Assembly (NCBI GenBank): GCA_964549615.1
Contig: CAZJVP010000074.1
Coordinates: forward strand, 1 to 35,544
Direction of reading: 5' to 3'
Length of the DNA stretch: 35,544 bases
DNA from: an uncultured Thermococci archaeon
GTDB lineage: Archaea > CAYQAE01 > CAYVLA01
A program made the translations under genes and the position numbers. This document shows, piece by piece, positions 8,859 to 17,650 of the stretch (within the stretch, counting starts at the first letter, position 1; each line of letters starts with the position of its first letter). Below the pieces are notes generated by a model. It searched no databases. It saw only the letters and a list, made by a program, of their open reading frames with translations, and was not told where the DNA came from.

Positions 8859-9094
8859 TCAGACCGTTCGACGTCCTGACGCGCTCCTTGGGCAAGAAAG
8901 TTCTGGTTAAGACCAAGGACAATAAGCTCTACGAGGGAGAGCTCAGGAACTATGACGTCAACATGAACGTGACCCTCAGCGAGGCCAGCGAGATGGAGGA
9001 CTTCGAACCGGTGAAACGCTACGGCACCCTCATCATCAGGGGCAGCACCATAGTCTGCCTCGGAACGAAGAAAGCCAGCCCGCAAACCCTCTAG
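8855..9094 (+). CDS. Sm-like archaeal protein (SmAP / Lsm family)
   Basis: Sm1 motif RPFDVL..SLGKKVLVK....YEGEL..YDVNMNVTL and Sm2 motif YGTLIIRG. Confidence 0.9.
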   Translation: MIRPFDVLTRSLGKKVLVKTKDNKLYEGELRNYDVNMNVTLSEASEMEDFEPVKRYGTLIIRGSTIVCLGTKKASPQTL

Positions 9095-9118
9095 GCAGGA
9101 CGAACGGTCGACCCTGGG

Positions 9119-9694
9119 ATGCCTCTGCTGGAGACGGTTGCCCCCTACCTGAAACTCATCTTGATTACCGCCCTGCCCTACATCGAGCTCAGAGGCGGAA
9201 TCCCGGTCGGGATCGGCCTGGGGATGGACCCGATCTGGGTCTTCCTCGTATGCACCGGCGCCAACCTGCTGATCATCTTCCCCATATTCCTTTTCCTCGA
9301 CCTTGCCTTCGAGCGCCTGCTCAGGATTGGGTGGATCGAGCGCCACATCGGAGGCAGGCTCGAATCCGTTAGGAGGTCCGGAAGGCGGGCGGTTGAGCGA
9401 TACGGGTTGCCGGGCCTTGCGGCCTTCGTCGCAATACCCCTGCCAGGCACGGGGGCTTACACGGGATGCCTCGCGGCGTACCTCCTGGGCATGGAGCGGA
9501 GGAGGGCCCAAGCAGCCATAGCTCTGGGCGTGGTTGCCGCAGGAATCATGGTGACACTCGGGTCGCTCGGGTTCTTCTCCGCGGCGCGCAAGCTGGGTCT
9601 TGGTTGGATCGGCGGCATCACGCTTCTTGTCTTCGTTCTGGCCGCCGTGGCCTACTACCATTCCAGAAGGAAGGAAGGTCGCAGGTCCCTGTAG
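9119..9694 (+). CDS. COG2426 / 'small multidrug export' family membrane protein
   Basis: Family motifs LPYIELRGGIPVG and FVAIPLPGTGAYTG, with several TM helices. Confidence 0.85.
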   Translation: MPLLETVAPYLKLILITALPYIELRGGIPVGIGLGMDPIWVFLVCTGANLLIIFPIFLFLDLAFERLLRIGWIERHIGGRLESVRRSGRRAVERYGLPGLAAFVAIPLPGTGAYTGCLAAYLLGMERRRAQAAIALGVVAAGIMVTLGSLGFFSAARKLGLGWIGGITLLVFVLAAVAYYHSRRKEGRRSL

Positions 9695-9903
9695 GAGAGG
9701 AATGAGCTAGGCAAGACCATCTTCCCCACCGATCAAGCCTGGGCAATGATCTTTCCCGCAACGCAGGGGACGCCCCGGCCCAGGTCGATGTCCGGCCCGC
9801 TGGACGCTGCCAATCTAGCGTGCCCGGCCGCGGCAAGACGAATTGGCAACGACCATGTCGCTTGGGTGATCGGCAACGAGGGCGAGATCGACCGCCGACT
9901 GCG

Positions 9904-10719
9904 TCAGACGAGCATCTGAACCGCAGCCGCACCTGCTGCGAGCGAACCGTAGAGGATACAGAACCTTGAGAGATCCATCCGCCTCGCAAGACCGATGAGA
10001 CCCCCCATGGAAAGGTAGCTCACGAGGAATGCCGTCGCGACGGCCGCCACCATCGGCATGGAGAACACCATGCTCCCCTCGTAGGTCAGCACCATGGCCC
10101 CCAGGATCGCCGGCGCGTCCAGAAGGAACGAAAGCCTCAGCGCATCGGCCTTCTCCAAACGCCTGACGAGGAGGGACGCGAGCGTGAATCCCGACCTGCT
10201 GATTCCGGGGAGCACGGCGAAGCCCTGTGCAACGCCCGCAATGGCTCCGTCCGCCCACACGAGATCCTTCGCGCCTCTCGCGCCGGGCCGAAGCCTTGAG
10301 CCGAGCATGAGAGCAAGGCCCGTGATCACCAGCAGGATACCGACCAAGAGCGTGAAGGCCCCGCCCTCCGGGTTGGCCTCAAACCAGTCAAAGAGCAGAA
10401 GGTACACCGGAATCCCCACGATGCCGGTGAAAATCGTGCCCACGATCATGAAACTGGCTAGCGCCGAACACCTTCCGCCTCGGCGCAGCGCGCAAGCTAC
10501 GGATCGCCCCATCCCTGCAAACTCAGCTCTGAATCGGAGCAGTATTGCGGCGAGCGACCCCGAGTGTATCCACAGGGCAGCTGAGACGGCTTCGGCCGGG
10601 GTTGCCCCGGCCCACTGCAACACCAACGAAAGCTGTCCGGAGCTGCTAAGCGGGAACCACTCCACAACGCCCTGGAGCGCCCCCAACAGGGCATACAGTA
10701 GAACGCTGGATCCCGTCAT
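9904..10719 (-). CDS. uppP: Undecaprenyl/polyprenyl-diphosphate phosphatase (BacA family)
   Basis: Motifs LQGVVEWFPLSSSG, H.GS and AQGFAVLPGISRSG, in a polytopic membrane protein. Confidence 0.88.
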   Translation of the reverse strand: MTGSSVLLYALLGALQGVVEWFPLSSSGQLSLVLQWAGATPAEAVSAALWIHSGSLAAILLRFRAEFAGMGRSVACALRRGGRCSALASFMIVGTIFTGIVGIPVYLLLFDWFEANPEGGAFTLLVGILLVITGLALMLGSRLRPGARGAKDLVWADGAIAGVAQGFAVLPGISRSGFTLASLLVRRLEKADALRLSFLLDAPAILGAMVLTYEGSMVFSMPMVAAVATAFLVSYLSMGGLIGLARRMDLSRFCILYGSLAAGAAAVQMLV

Positions 10720-10815
10720 CGCATTTCGCCCTCAGCTTGGCCTTATATCTATTGCCGGAAAGGCAGGCCGTCCTAGACAGCTCGCCATCAAGCCCGCTGG
10801 GACCCCCGAATCCAC

Positions 10816-12084
10816 CTATTCGGCCCGCGCCAGCCTCGTCTCCTGAACCGCCCTGTACAGCGCCCTTCGGACCATGACGGTCCAGAGGATGAAGCCGCAT
10901 ACCATGCCGGTCGACGAGACGACCAGCCACTCCGTGACGTAAACCCAGAGCATCGCCTGGTCCTTGAGCTGGTAAGCCTTCTCCGAGGCGGACCGCAGGA
11001 TCTCTAGAGCCGAGTTCAGGCCGTCCACGGACTCCTCCATATCCCCATCGACGTAGCTTCTCTCCGCGACGAGCTTGGCCTTCTCCGCCTCGCCGACGAT
11101 CTTCTCGGCGGCACCCATGTTGGCCCCGAACTTCGACGCGAACTCGATCACCCCGTCCACGGTCTGTCTGAGATCCTTGAACTCGGCCATCAGCGATCTT
11201 GCCTGGTGCACGATCGCCATGTCGGTCGGCACCTTGCCGCCGGTCACATACGTCGCGAGGTTTAGGACGTAGTCGCCGTAGTACGGCCATCTGAGGAAGT
11301 CGCGGCCGCCCGCTGGGGTCCAGTCGGCGGTCATGCCGTAGGAACTTCCCGCCCCAACCTCCCAATAGCAGAAGAGCGGATGTTCGACGCCCGTGCCGCT
11401 GACCCGGTAGTGCGCCAGAGGAGAGACGCCCTCCTTGGGCTGGACTATGTTGCATCCGTAGAATATCCCATAAGGACCGATATCCTTGAACGGAAGGGAG
11501 GCCATCAAGGGGTCCTCCCCCCGACTGACCTGCAGCACGCCTGGTTTCTCCTCCCATTTCTGATCCAAGCATACGACGGGAAGCGCGTCCTGCACGGCGG
11601 TGTCGCCCCAAGATCCCGGGGTGTATATCGTGCTCCCGAAGGTCTCGTAGCCCCCGATCATGATTAGCGCAAGCCCGCCCTCGATGACCGAGTTGCGGAA
11701 CCATGCCATGTGTTCGGTCGTGAAGAAGCGCTTGCTCGCATCGCTTATGATCATGATGTCGTAGCTGTTCACGAGATCGTCCTGGTTCCGGGGCATGTAG
11801 AGCCGCATGTACCGCCGGATCACCGTGTCGGACGTGACGAAGCCGATGGCTATGACCGGGACGACCTCCGTCAGTGGGTCCCTGGTGAAGATCGGATACG
11901 GGCTTCCGGGACCCGGATCCCCGATGTAGATGATCCTAATCCTCCCTGTGACGGGATCCCTTCTTTGCTCCCTGCCGAATGCCGGGCCAACGAGCAAGAA
12001 GGTCAGCGCGGCCAAGCCAAGTAGCCTCGGCCACCCGCGTCGCCGCGCCTGCGTGCAAGAACGCTCCTCAATCCCAGATGTCAA
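10816..12084 (-). CDS. Surface-family paralog P1: signal peptide, class I GATase-like (DUF1355-like) domain, helical stalk, conserved C-terminal TM/tail
   Basis: Motifs DPVTGRIRIIYIGD, RLYMPR, YDIMIISD, GGLALIMIGGYETFG, WGDT.V..ALPV and LKDQAMLWVYVTEW...MVRRALYRAVQETR. The TTG start overlaps the 3' end of the alanine dehydrogenase gene. Confidence 0.8.
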   Translation of the reverse strand: MTSGIEERSCTQARRRGWPRLLGLAALTFLLVGPAFGREQRRDPVTGRIRIIYIGDPGPGSPYPIFTRDPLTEVVPVIAIGFVTSDTVIRRYMRLYMPRNQDDLVNSYDIMIISDASKRFFTTEHMAWFRNSVIEGGLALIMIGGYETFGSTIYTPGSWGDTAVQDALPVVCLDQKWEEKPGVLQVSRGEDPLMASLPFKDIGPYGIFYGCNIVQPKEGVSPLAHYRVSGTGVEHPLFCYWEVGAGSSYGMTADWTPAGGRDFLRWPYYGDYVLNLATYVTGGKVPTDMAIVHQARSLMAEFKDLRQTVDGVIEFASKFGANMGAAEKIVGEAEKAKLVAERSYVDGDMEESVDGLNSALEILRSASEKAYQLKDQAMLWVYVTEWLVVSSTGMVCGFILWTVMVRRALYRAVQETRLARAE

Positions 12085-13054
12085 TCTCAGTTCCCCTCCC
12101 AGATTTCAGTGCAAGCTCGCGCAGGAATGCGCCGACCGCGACGTCTTGGATCGCAAGTCCCGTGGAGTCAAATATGGTTATCTCGTCCGCCGATTTCCTC
12201 CCAGCTATCTTGCCGCAAACGATGTCGCCCAACTCCCCGCGGATCATCGACCTGGTGAACTTGCCCTGCGACACCGCCACGTTCATCTCGCCGCTGTGGG
12301 CCGCCTGCGGCCAGTCGTCCGGCACGACCTTGCCGTCAAGCAATACTTGGATCTCCAGTTCCTGTTTTCCCGGGGCGTCCGCGCCGATCGCGTTGATGTG
12401 TGTACCGGGTTCCAGCCAAGCCCTCCTTACTATCGGGCTACGGGACGGGGTCGTCGTCACCAACACGTCGGACTCGCGCGCTGCACGCTCCGGGGACTCG
12501 ACAACCTCGATGCGGCATTCCGTTCGCACCGAGAAGTCCTTGGCCAGCTCGGCTGCCTTGTTCCGGTCAACGTCGTAGACCTTGACCCGTTCCAGCCCTC
12601 CGAGCACCTTGAGCAAGGCTTGGAGCTGCGTCCGCGCCTGTACCCCTGCCCCGATCATGCCTGCGACGCGTGACTCTGGGCGGGCAAGATACTTGACGGC
12701 CAAGCCTCCGGCCGCCCCGGTCCTGATGGACGTCAGGCTATTGGCCCCGATGATCGCAGTCGGCCTGCCGTTCCTCGGATCCACCATGATCAATGTTGCG
12801 ATAACCGCGGGGAGCCCATACCTGCGGTTTCCAGGGTGGGAATTCACGACCTTCACGCCCGCCGCGCCGAGCCGAGGGATGAAGGCAGGCATGACCCTGA
12901 GATCCCCCCCATGTTCGTCGAAGAACAGGTACGTCTTGGGCGGCATCTGGACGTTCCCAAGGCCTTTCTCCCTGAAGGCATCCTCCACGACCTTGAGAGC
13001 ATCCTCCATGGTGAGCATCGACCTGACATCGGAATCCGACAGAAGAAGCGCCAC
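12068..13054 (-). CDS. Ornithine cyclodeaminase/mu-crystallin family protein, most like archaeal alanine dehydrogenase
   Basis: Motifs MPPK.YL, GDLRVMPA, GVKVVNSHPGN, LTSIRTGAAGG, GAGVQA, GTHINAIGADAPGKQE, HSGE and FDSTGLAIQD. GTG 13054 follows GGAGG; the track start is 13072. Confidence 0.88.
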   Translation of the reverse strand: MALLLSDSDVRSMLTMEDALKVVEDAFREKGLGNVQMPPKTYLFFDEHGGDLRVMPAFIPRLGAAGVKVVNSHPGNRRYGLPAVIATLIMVDPRNGRPTAIIGANSLTSIRTGAAGGLAVKYLARPESRVAGMIGAGVQARTQLQALLKVLGGLERVKVYDVDRNKAAELAKDFSVRTECRIEVVESPERAARESDVLVTTTPSRSPIVRRAWLEPGTHINAIGADAPGKQELEIQVLLDGKVVPDDWPQAAHSGEMNVAVSQGKFTRSMIRGELGDIVCGKIAGRKSADEITIFDSTGLAIQDVAVGAFLRELALKSGRGTEIDIWD

Positions 13055-13121
13055 GCCTCCGCCTCCAAACACATCTTTTTGGTCGCCGCGCCGCCGACGA
13101 CCTGTCGGAAGGCGCCTGTGG

Positions 13122-14219
13122 CTATCTAGACTCCCTTGACCGCCTCGCCTTACGCGAATAGATAAATCCTACCGCCGTGCAGGCTGCGACCGCGGCGCCC
13201 GACGCCAGAATGAGCCCCCATCTTTCCGCCTTCTCCTTTGTGGCGGGCGAAGGCGGCGGCAACAGATCGTCCTTGATCATCCGCGAAACGTCCAGGGTGC
13301 TGACCTTCCAGCCTTCCTCCGCACCTGCTAGCATATATTCCCCGCATGCGATCTGAAGATGGGGAACATCGTTCCTTTCGATCCCCAGCAGGTCACACCC
13401 GCAGGCATCCACGCTAACTGGATTATTGCCCACAAGGACGCTGTTGAGCCTCATGACCTTGCCAGGGCCGCCAGGGCCGCCGGTTTGGAGGGCCTTCGTT
13501 GCGTCGACGATTACGAGATTCCTTTGGCCCGACGCTGCCTGTGTGGAAATCGTGTAGCGTGTCAGATCCGCGATGGGTCTGTGCAGCCCGCGGTCGTGTA
13601 TCTTCTGGCGGTCGTCGACTATGCCCATGAGGTTCTTCATGGAGATCGTTGCCACCGCCTCGGCGTGGTTCTTCAGCTTGGGCATGTTGATGAAGACGTC
13701 TGCCTCAAGAACGTCCCTGGAGACCCCGATCTCGCCCAGCGATCCGCCCACGTTGACCGTCCGAAACTCCGCCGGCTTGCCGTTGAGCACCTTGCACTCT
13801 ACAGAGTCAAACTGGGCCAGCTTGCCCTTGATCTGGCTGGACCTAAGCCCAAGTTCGGGTGGTCTGGTCAGGGTGTTGTCCAGCACCTTGATCTCCGAGG
13901 CCCCAGCCTCGAGGCAGAGCACGACCAATGCCCTGACGAGGTCGGCGTCGGTATTCGCTGCGTTGACCTCCGAGTTCGGCATGCAGTCGAACGAGAAGTT
14001 GGGTTTCACGACGACGAGGTCGCCAGCCTTCACGTACCGCTCGATCCCCCCGATCTCCCTGACGGCTGCCCTCAGAAGGTACTCAGGCAGATCGTTCTTG
14101 GCGATGACGACTTCCGCGTCGGGGACCGTCGCAAGAGATGCGCGCAAAGCTAGACCAAGAAGTCCCGCCGGCACCAGCGAGACGAACTCCCTGCGCGTGA
14201 GGTCCTCGAGCCCTACCAA
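13122..14219 (-). CDS. DUF362-domain (putative Fe-S) protein with a Tat signal and C-terminal membrane anchor
   Basis: Twin-arginine motif LTRREFV; DUF362 motifs VVKPN, DVFINMPKLKNH, TISMKNLMG, IVDA, GP and PVSVDA; then a Pro-rich linker, TM WGLILASGAAVAACTAVGFIY and a basic tail. Confidence 0.82.
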   Translation of the reverse strand: MVGLEDLTRREFVSLVPAGLLGLALRASLATVPDAEVVIAKNDLPEYLLRAAVREIGGIERYVKAGDLVVVKPNFSFDCMPNSEVNAANTDADLVRALVVLCLEAGASEIKVLDNTLTRPPELGLRSSQIKGKLAQFDSVECKVLNGKPAEFRTVNVGGSLGEIGVSRDVLEADVFINMPKLKNHAEAVATISMKNLMGIVDDRQKIHDRGLHRPIADLTRYTISTQAASGQRNLVIVDATKALQTGGPGGPGKVMRLNSVLVGNNPVSVDACGCDLLGIERNDVPHLQIACGEYMLAGAEEGWKVSTLDVSRMIKDDLLPPPSPATKEKAERWGLILASGAAVAACTAVGFIYSRKARRSRESR

Positions 14220-14836
14220 CCTTTTACCTTCTTACCAAGAAGGAGGTCCTTCCTTGACCCTTCCGCCGATACGAATGGGATGCCCAGGACCATGGATTCA
14301 ACGAACCGGATCGAGTACCTGATCGACCTCATCACGTCAGGCCTCTCTGCCTCCAGGGTCAGGAAGACGAAATCGGCAAACCCGCGGGCGAACTCCTCCG
14401 AATGGACGCAGCCCTTCATGCTCCGCCTGACATCCTGCGCGATCTGGTAGGAGGGCTGATGCTTTGTGAACTCCACGCCAAGGTTTTTGAGGACATCCAG
14501 CGGGGCGTCGAACCCTGGGACATAGAAGGTGGTCGGTCCGCTCCCCCCAGGCCGACTAGCCCAGACGGCAGACGAGAAGAACCCGCCGCTGGCGACGCGT
14601 GATTCCACCGTCACCTCCGCCTTCAATACCCAGAATGGGTAGTACTGCACCTCGCCGCTTTCTTGTAGCACGGGAGCTGCGAAGTCCACCCTGAGGCGCT
14701 TCAGTTCTCCCTCTGCCAGGTAATAACCCTGGCCGCAGTTTGCGCAGCGAAAGACGACGTCCCTGCCCTCAGACTCCAGCAAGCTTCCGCAGCTCTCGCA
14801 GTTGAGCGGCACTACCTGGAGACTTCCTCCTTCCAC
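14213..14836 (-). CDS. Zinc-ribbon protein (YdjG-like paralog 3, no obvious TM)
   Basis: CESC...CANC ribbon, plus a YYPFW motif shared with the two upstream genes. GTG start after GGTGAGG. Confidence 0.7.
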   Translation of the reverse strand: MEGGSLQVVPLNCESCGSLLESEGRDVVFRCANCGQGYYLAEGELKRLRVDFAAPVLQESGEVQYYPFWVLKAEVTVESRVASGGFFSSAVWASRPGGSGPTTFYVPGFDAPLDVLKNLGVEFTKHQPSYQIAQDVRRSMKGCVHSEEFARGFADFVFLTLEAERPDVMRSIRYSIRFVESMVLGIPFVSAEGSRKDLLLGKKVKGW

Positions 14837-15773
14837 CTTTCCTCACCTCGCCCCCGTACCTGAACTTCCAGAAGCCGGCCAGCATCAGGGCCACGCAAAG
14901 GAGGGCTACGAATCCCACGGCCCGAAAGTCCAGGTCTGACTGCAACGCGCTCGTGAGCACGAAGCTGCCGGCAAACATCGTGCCAACCAGGGACATTACC
15001 CTGAACAGGGTACTCCCCGGGGCCCTGCCGTACAGAACCTGGTTCGTCGCCCCATCGGTCACCACCTGGTAAGTCCTTCCCTTGTAGCCGTAACGTAGAA
15101 CCCACAGTGGATAGTACACGATGCTCGTCCGCAGATCCACGACGTTGAGTTTCTCGAACGTGACCTCGTCCACGTCCACGCCCTGTCTGGCCCACTCGAT
15201 CATCTGGCACCTTGCCTGCTCCACGGCCTGGGTCCTTGCCTCGGTGGGCTCGAACACCATCCCGTCCTTCTGCAGGCTCTCCCTATCGTAAAGCGAGTAC
15301 TCCGGGAAGGGCATCTCGACGCTTTCGACTCCGAACTCCGAGACATCGCAGGCAGCGTCCGTCCAGACATAGCTTCTCATGACGCTTCTCTCAACCGGTT
15401 CCTTTCGCGTGCGAACCTCGGTCCTGTTGCCCCGCTTGACCGTCTCCCGTCTGATCTTGTTGCCGAATACCCAGCCCACGACCTGGCCGCTGACCCTCCA
15501 AAACGGCAGATAGATGAGGAACTGGGTCTCGAAGGTTGCGGTCTTGCGCAGGTCGCGCGCCATCTGCATGCCGCCGAACCATCTCCGCGCGGCCTCCACG
15601 GCTTCGTTGGCATCGACCCTGCGCAGCTGGTGGAACTTGAGGACCCCCTTCTCGCCACGTACCAAGAGCGAGACATTGCAGTACTTGCACCTGAGGCTGG
15701 TGATCCCCTCGGCGAGCTCGAGAGACCCACCACAGGACGGGCATGACACTCCCCGTATCACGGATTCCTGCAC
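14769..15773 (-). CDS. Zinc-ribbon membrane protein (YdjG-like paralog 2)
   Basis: CPSC...CKYC, YLPFW, YYPLW..RYGYKGRTY.V..DG, and two C-terminal TM helices. Confidence 0.75.
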   Translation of the reverse strand: MQESVIRGVSCPSCGGSLELAEGITSLRCKYCNVSLLVRGEKGVLKFHQLRRVDANEAVEAARRWFGGMQMARDLRKTATFETQFLIYLPFWRVSGQVVGWVFGNKIRRETVKRGNRTEVRTRKEPVERSVMRSYVWTDAACDVSEFGVESVEMPFPEYSLYDRESLQKDGMVFEPTEARTQAVEQARCQMIEWARQGVDVDEVTFEKLNVVDLRTSIVYYPLWVLRYGYKGRTYQVVTDGATNQVLYGRAPGSTLFRVMSLVGTMFAGSFVLTSALQSDLDFRAVGFVALLCVALMLAGFWKFRYGGEVRKGGRRKSPGSAAQLRELRKLAGV

Positions 15774-16526
15774 TCAAACCCTCTCCGAAATTACCGTTGC
15801 CCCGATCACCAATGGAATGGCAGTGACAAGGTATGCCAGAAGCTTCAGGCCAATATTGGAGATAAGGAGCCCCTCCGACAAAAACAACAAGACGGCCAAA
15901 CCAGCTAGGAGGTAATAGGGGGTCTCCGCCTTCGCCGGGTATATCGAGGAGTGGACCTTGCCTGAGGAGCCCTCCACTATCGAGTCGTAGGTCTGGCCCT
16001 TGTATTCGTACTTGAAGTGGAAGACCGGGACGTGGACGAGGGCACTCTCGAGCACGTTCTCAGGCGCCACGCCGCTCTTCGCAAGCCACTCGAGGGCCGC
16101 GGCGTAAAGTACCTCAGGCTCCTTGAACGTCTGGCCCGCGTATCTGGCGGGGTCAAAGAACTTCAGATCACCGGCGGGGATCTGGACGTCCTTCAGATCG
16201 ACTATCGGCGTGCTCGCAGCAAGCTGCGTGAAGACCCGCTCTTGCCCATCCTTTCTGACCTTGAAGTACCAGATGGGAAAGTAGAAGAACTCCTGTTGGA
16301 CTACTCTGGACGCTTCCTCAAGGCCCTTGACCGTCTCATTCCCGGCCATCCACCGTTTGAGGCTCCTTCCCGCGTCCTCCATGCTCAGGGTCGAGTCGAG
16401 CACGTAGTGGAAGACGACCTTCCTCTTGTCGACGTAGATCGCGGTCGAGCAGTAGGGACACCTGAGGAAGAGCTCGCCCTCCCCCACCTCGATCTCGCCG
16501 CCGCACTGCGTGCAGTTTATCTTCAA
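15774..16526 (-). CDS. Zinc-ribbon membrane protein (YdjG-like paralog 1)
   Basis: CTQC...CPYC, YFPIW, HVPVF.FKYEYKGQTY...VEG.SGKV, and two C-terminal TM helices. Confidence 0.75.
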   Translation of the reverse strand: MKINCTQCGGEIEVGEGELFLRCPYCSTAIYVDKRKVVFHYVLDSTLSMEDAGRSLKRWMAGNETVKGLEEASRVVQQEFFYFPIWYFKVRKDGQERVFTQLAASTPIVDLKDVQIPAGDLKFFDPARYAGQTFKEPEVLYAAALEWLAKSGVAPENVLESALVHVPVFHFKYEYKGQTYDSIVEGSSGKVHSSIYPAKAETPYYLLAGLAVLLFLSEGLLISNIGLKLLAYLVTAIPLVIGATVISERV

Positions 16527-16537
16527 TTCCGCGCCCT

Positions 16538-17650
16538 CTACTCGATCTTCGTGCCGCAGTTGGAGCAGAACTTGGCGCCTGCCGGGAGCTCCGCGTTACA
16601 CTTCGGACAGGTCTGGAGGAGCTTCTGGCCGCAGTTCAAACAGAATTTGGCTCCCTTGGGAACCTCGGCGTTGCACTTCGGGCAGCTCAACGTCTCCACG
16701 AGCTTCTCCCCGCAGTTCAGGCAGAACTTCGACTCCAGCGGCACGTCAGCGCCGCACTTTGGACACTTCCGCGTGGCTGCCTTCTTGGCCTCCGCCTCCT
16801 GCTGGGCCTTCTGTATCATGCCGGGCATCATCATCCCCAGCCCCGCCCCCACGCCGAGACCCATCCCCGCTGCAGCGGTGCTGCCGCCCTGCGCTCCCGC
16901 GGGCTGGCTCGCGATGTCCCTCATCGCCCTAGCGGCCTGGTACTGGGTGAAGGCACCCATGTCCCCGACCGCAGCCATCTCGGACCTGGCATCGATCATC
17001 TTCTGAACCTCTTCGGGCGGCGTTATGGCGTTGACCACGATGTCCACAAGTTCGACCCCATATTTCTCGAAGTCGTCCTTTACCCTAGTTCTCAGAGCGC
17101 CGGCTATCTCGTCGTAGTACTTGGGGAGGTCGAATATGCTGGTCAGCATCTCGCCCAGAAGATCGTTGAGCCGTGCCACTATGATCTCCCTGAAAAAGTC
17201 CTGAATCCTGTCCGATGTGTACAACCCCTGCGTGCCAACGATCTTGTTGATGAAAAGCAGGGGGTCGGAAATCCTGGGTGAGAAGATGCCGAAGGCCCTC
17301 AGCCTGACCATCTGCAGCTCCTTGTCCCTGAAGGCTATGGGCTGTGCAGTCCCCCACTTCAGGTTGGTGAAGACCTTCTGGTTTACGAAGTAGACCTCTG
17401 CCCTGAACGGGCTTTTGAACCCGAACGGGAGGCCCAGGAAACCCGTGATCAATGGAAGGTTAAGGGTCGTCAGGGTGTGCCGGCCGGGCCCCAAGCAGTC
17501 GTAGGCCTTACCGTCCCTGAAGAAGACCGCCGACTGGGACTCGCGCACGATCAGCTGTGCGCCCGACCGTATGGCACCCGAACCACTCTGAGGCCATCTA
17601 ACCACCATCTCGTTTCCCGTCTTGTCCAAAGACTCTATTACCTCTGGCAT
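16538..17650 (-). CDS. SPFH/Band-7-like protein (YdjI / 'virion core protein'-like) with three C-terminal zinc-ribbon repeats
   Basis: Motifs GAQLIVRESQSAVFFRDGK, PGRHTLTT.NLP, SPFRAEVYFVN, KWGT..PI and LRAFG, a Gly/Ala/Met-rich linker, then three CPKC..KFCxNCG repeats. Confidence 0.88.
   Translation of the reverse strand: MPEVIESLDKTGNEMVVRWPQSGSGAIRSGAQLIVRESQSAVFFRDGKAYDCLGPGRHTLTTLNLPLITGFLGLPFGFKSPFRAEVYFVNQKVFTNLKWGTAQPIAFRDKELQMVRLRAFGIFSPRISDPLLFINKIVGTQGLYTSDRIQDFFREIIVARLNDLLGEMLTSIFDLPKYYDEIAGALRTRVKDDFEKYGVELVDIVVNAITPPEEVQKMIDARSEMAAVGDMGAFTQYQAARAMRDIASQPAGAQGGSTAAAGMGLGVGAGLGMMMPGMIQKAQQEAEAKKAATRKCPKCGADVPLESKFCLNCGEKLVETLSCPKCNAEVPKGAKFCLNCGQKLLQTCPKCNAELPAGAKFCSNCGTKIE
16545..16768 (-). 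repeat. Three tandem ~75-80 nt coding repeats (zinc ribbons) at the SPFH C-terminus
   Basis: CPKCGADVPLESKFCLNCGEKL / CPKCNAEVPKGAKFCLNCGQKL / CPKCNAELPAGAKFCSNCGTKI; on the plus strand GCCGCAGTT...CAGAA recurs with small variations. Confidence 0.85.

Noticed and set aside
9695-9903. Longer intergenic gaps (also 22418-22641 and 28441-28782) as tRNA, C/D-box sRNA or riboswitch
   Set aside because: I found no T-loop/cloverleaf, paired C/D boxes or convincing conserved stem by eye. An Infernal/Rfam scan would be needed to exclude them fully.
16545-16768. Tandem repeats as a CRISPR array or non-coding repeat
   Set aside because: The repeats are degenerate, in frame and encode zinc ribbons. There is no constant repeat with unique spacers and no cas gene.
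8699-17006. Long antisense or alternative-frame ORFs (e.g. 8699-9661, 10646-11704, 16017-17006)
   Set aside because: These are shadow ORFs expected in high-GC DNA. Each overlaps a gene with clear family motifs.
16538-17650. 'Virion core protein' similarity as evidence of a provirus
   Set aside because: That label attaches to cellular YdjI-like SPFH proteins. No integrase, capsid, terminase or packaging ATPase is present in the window.
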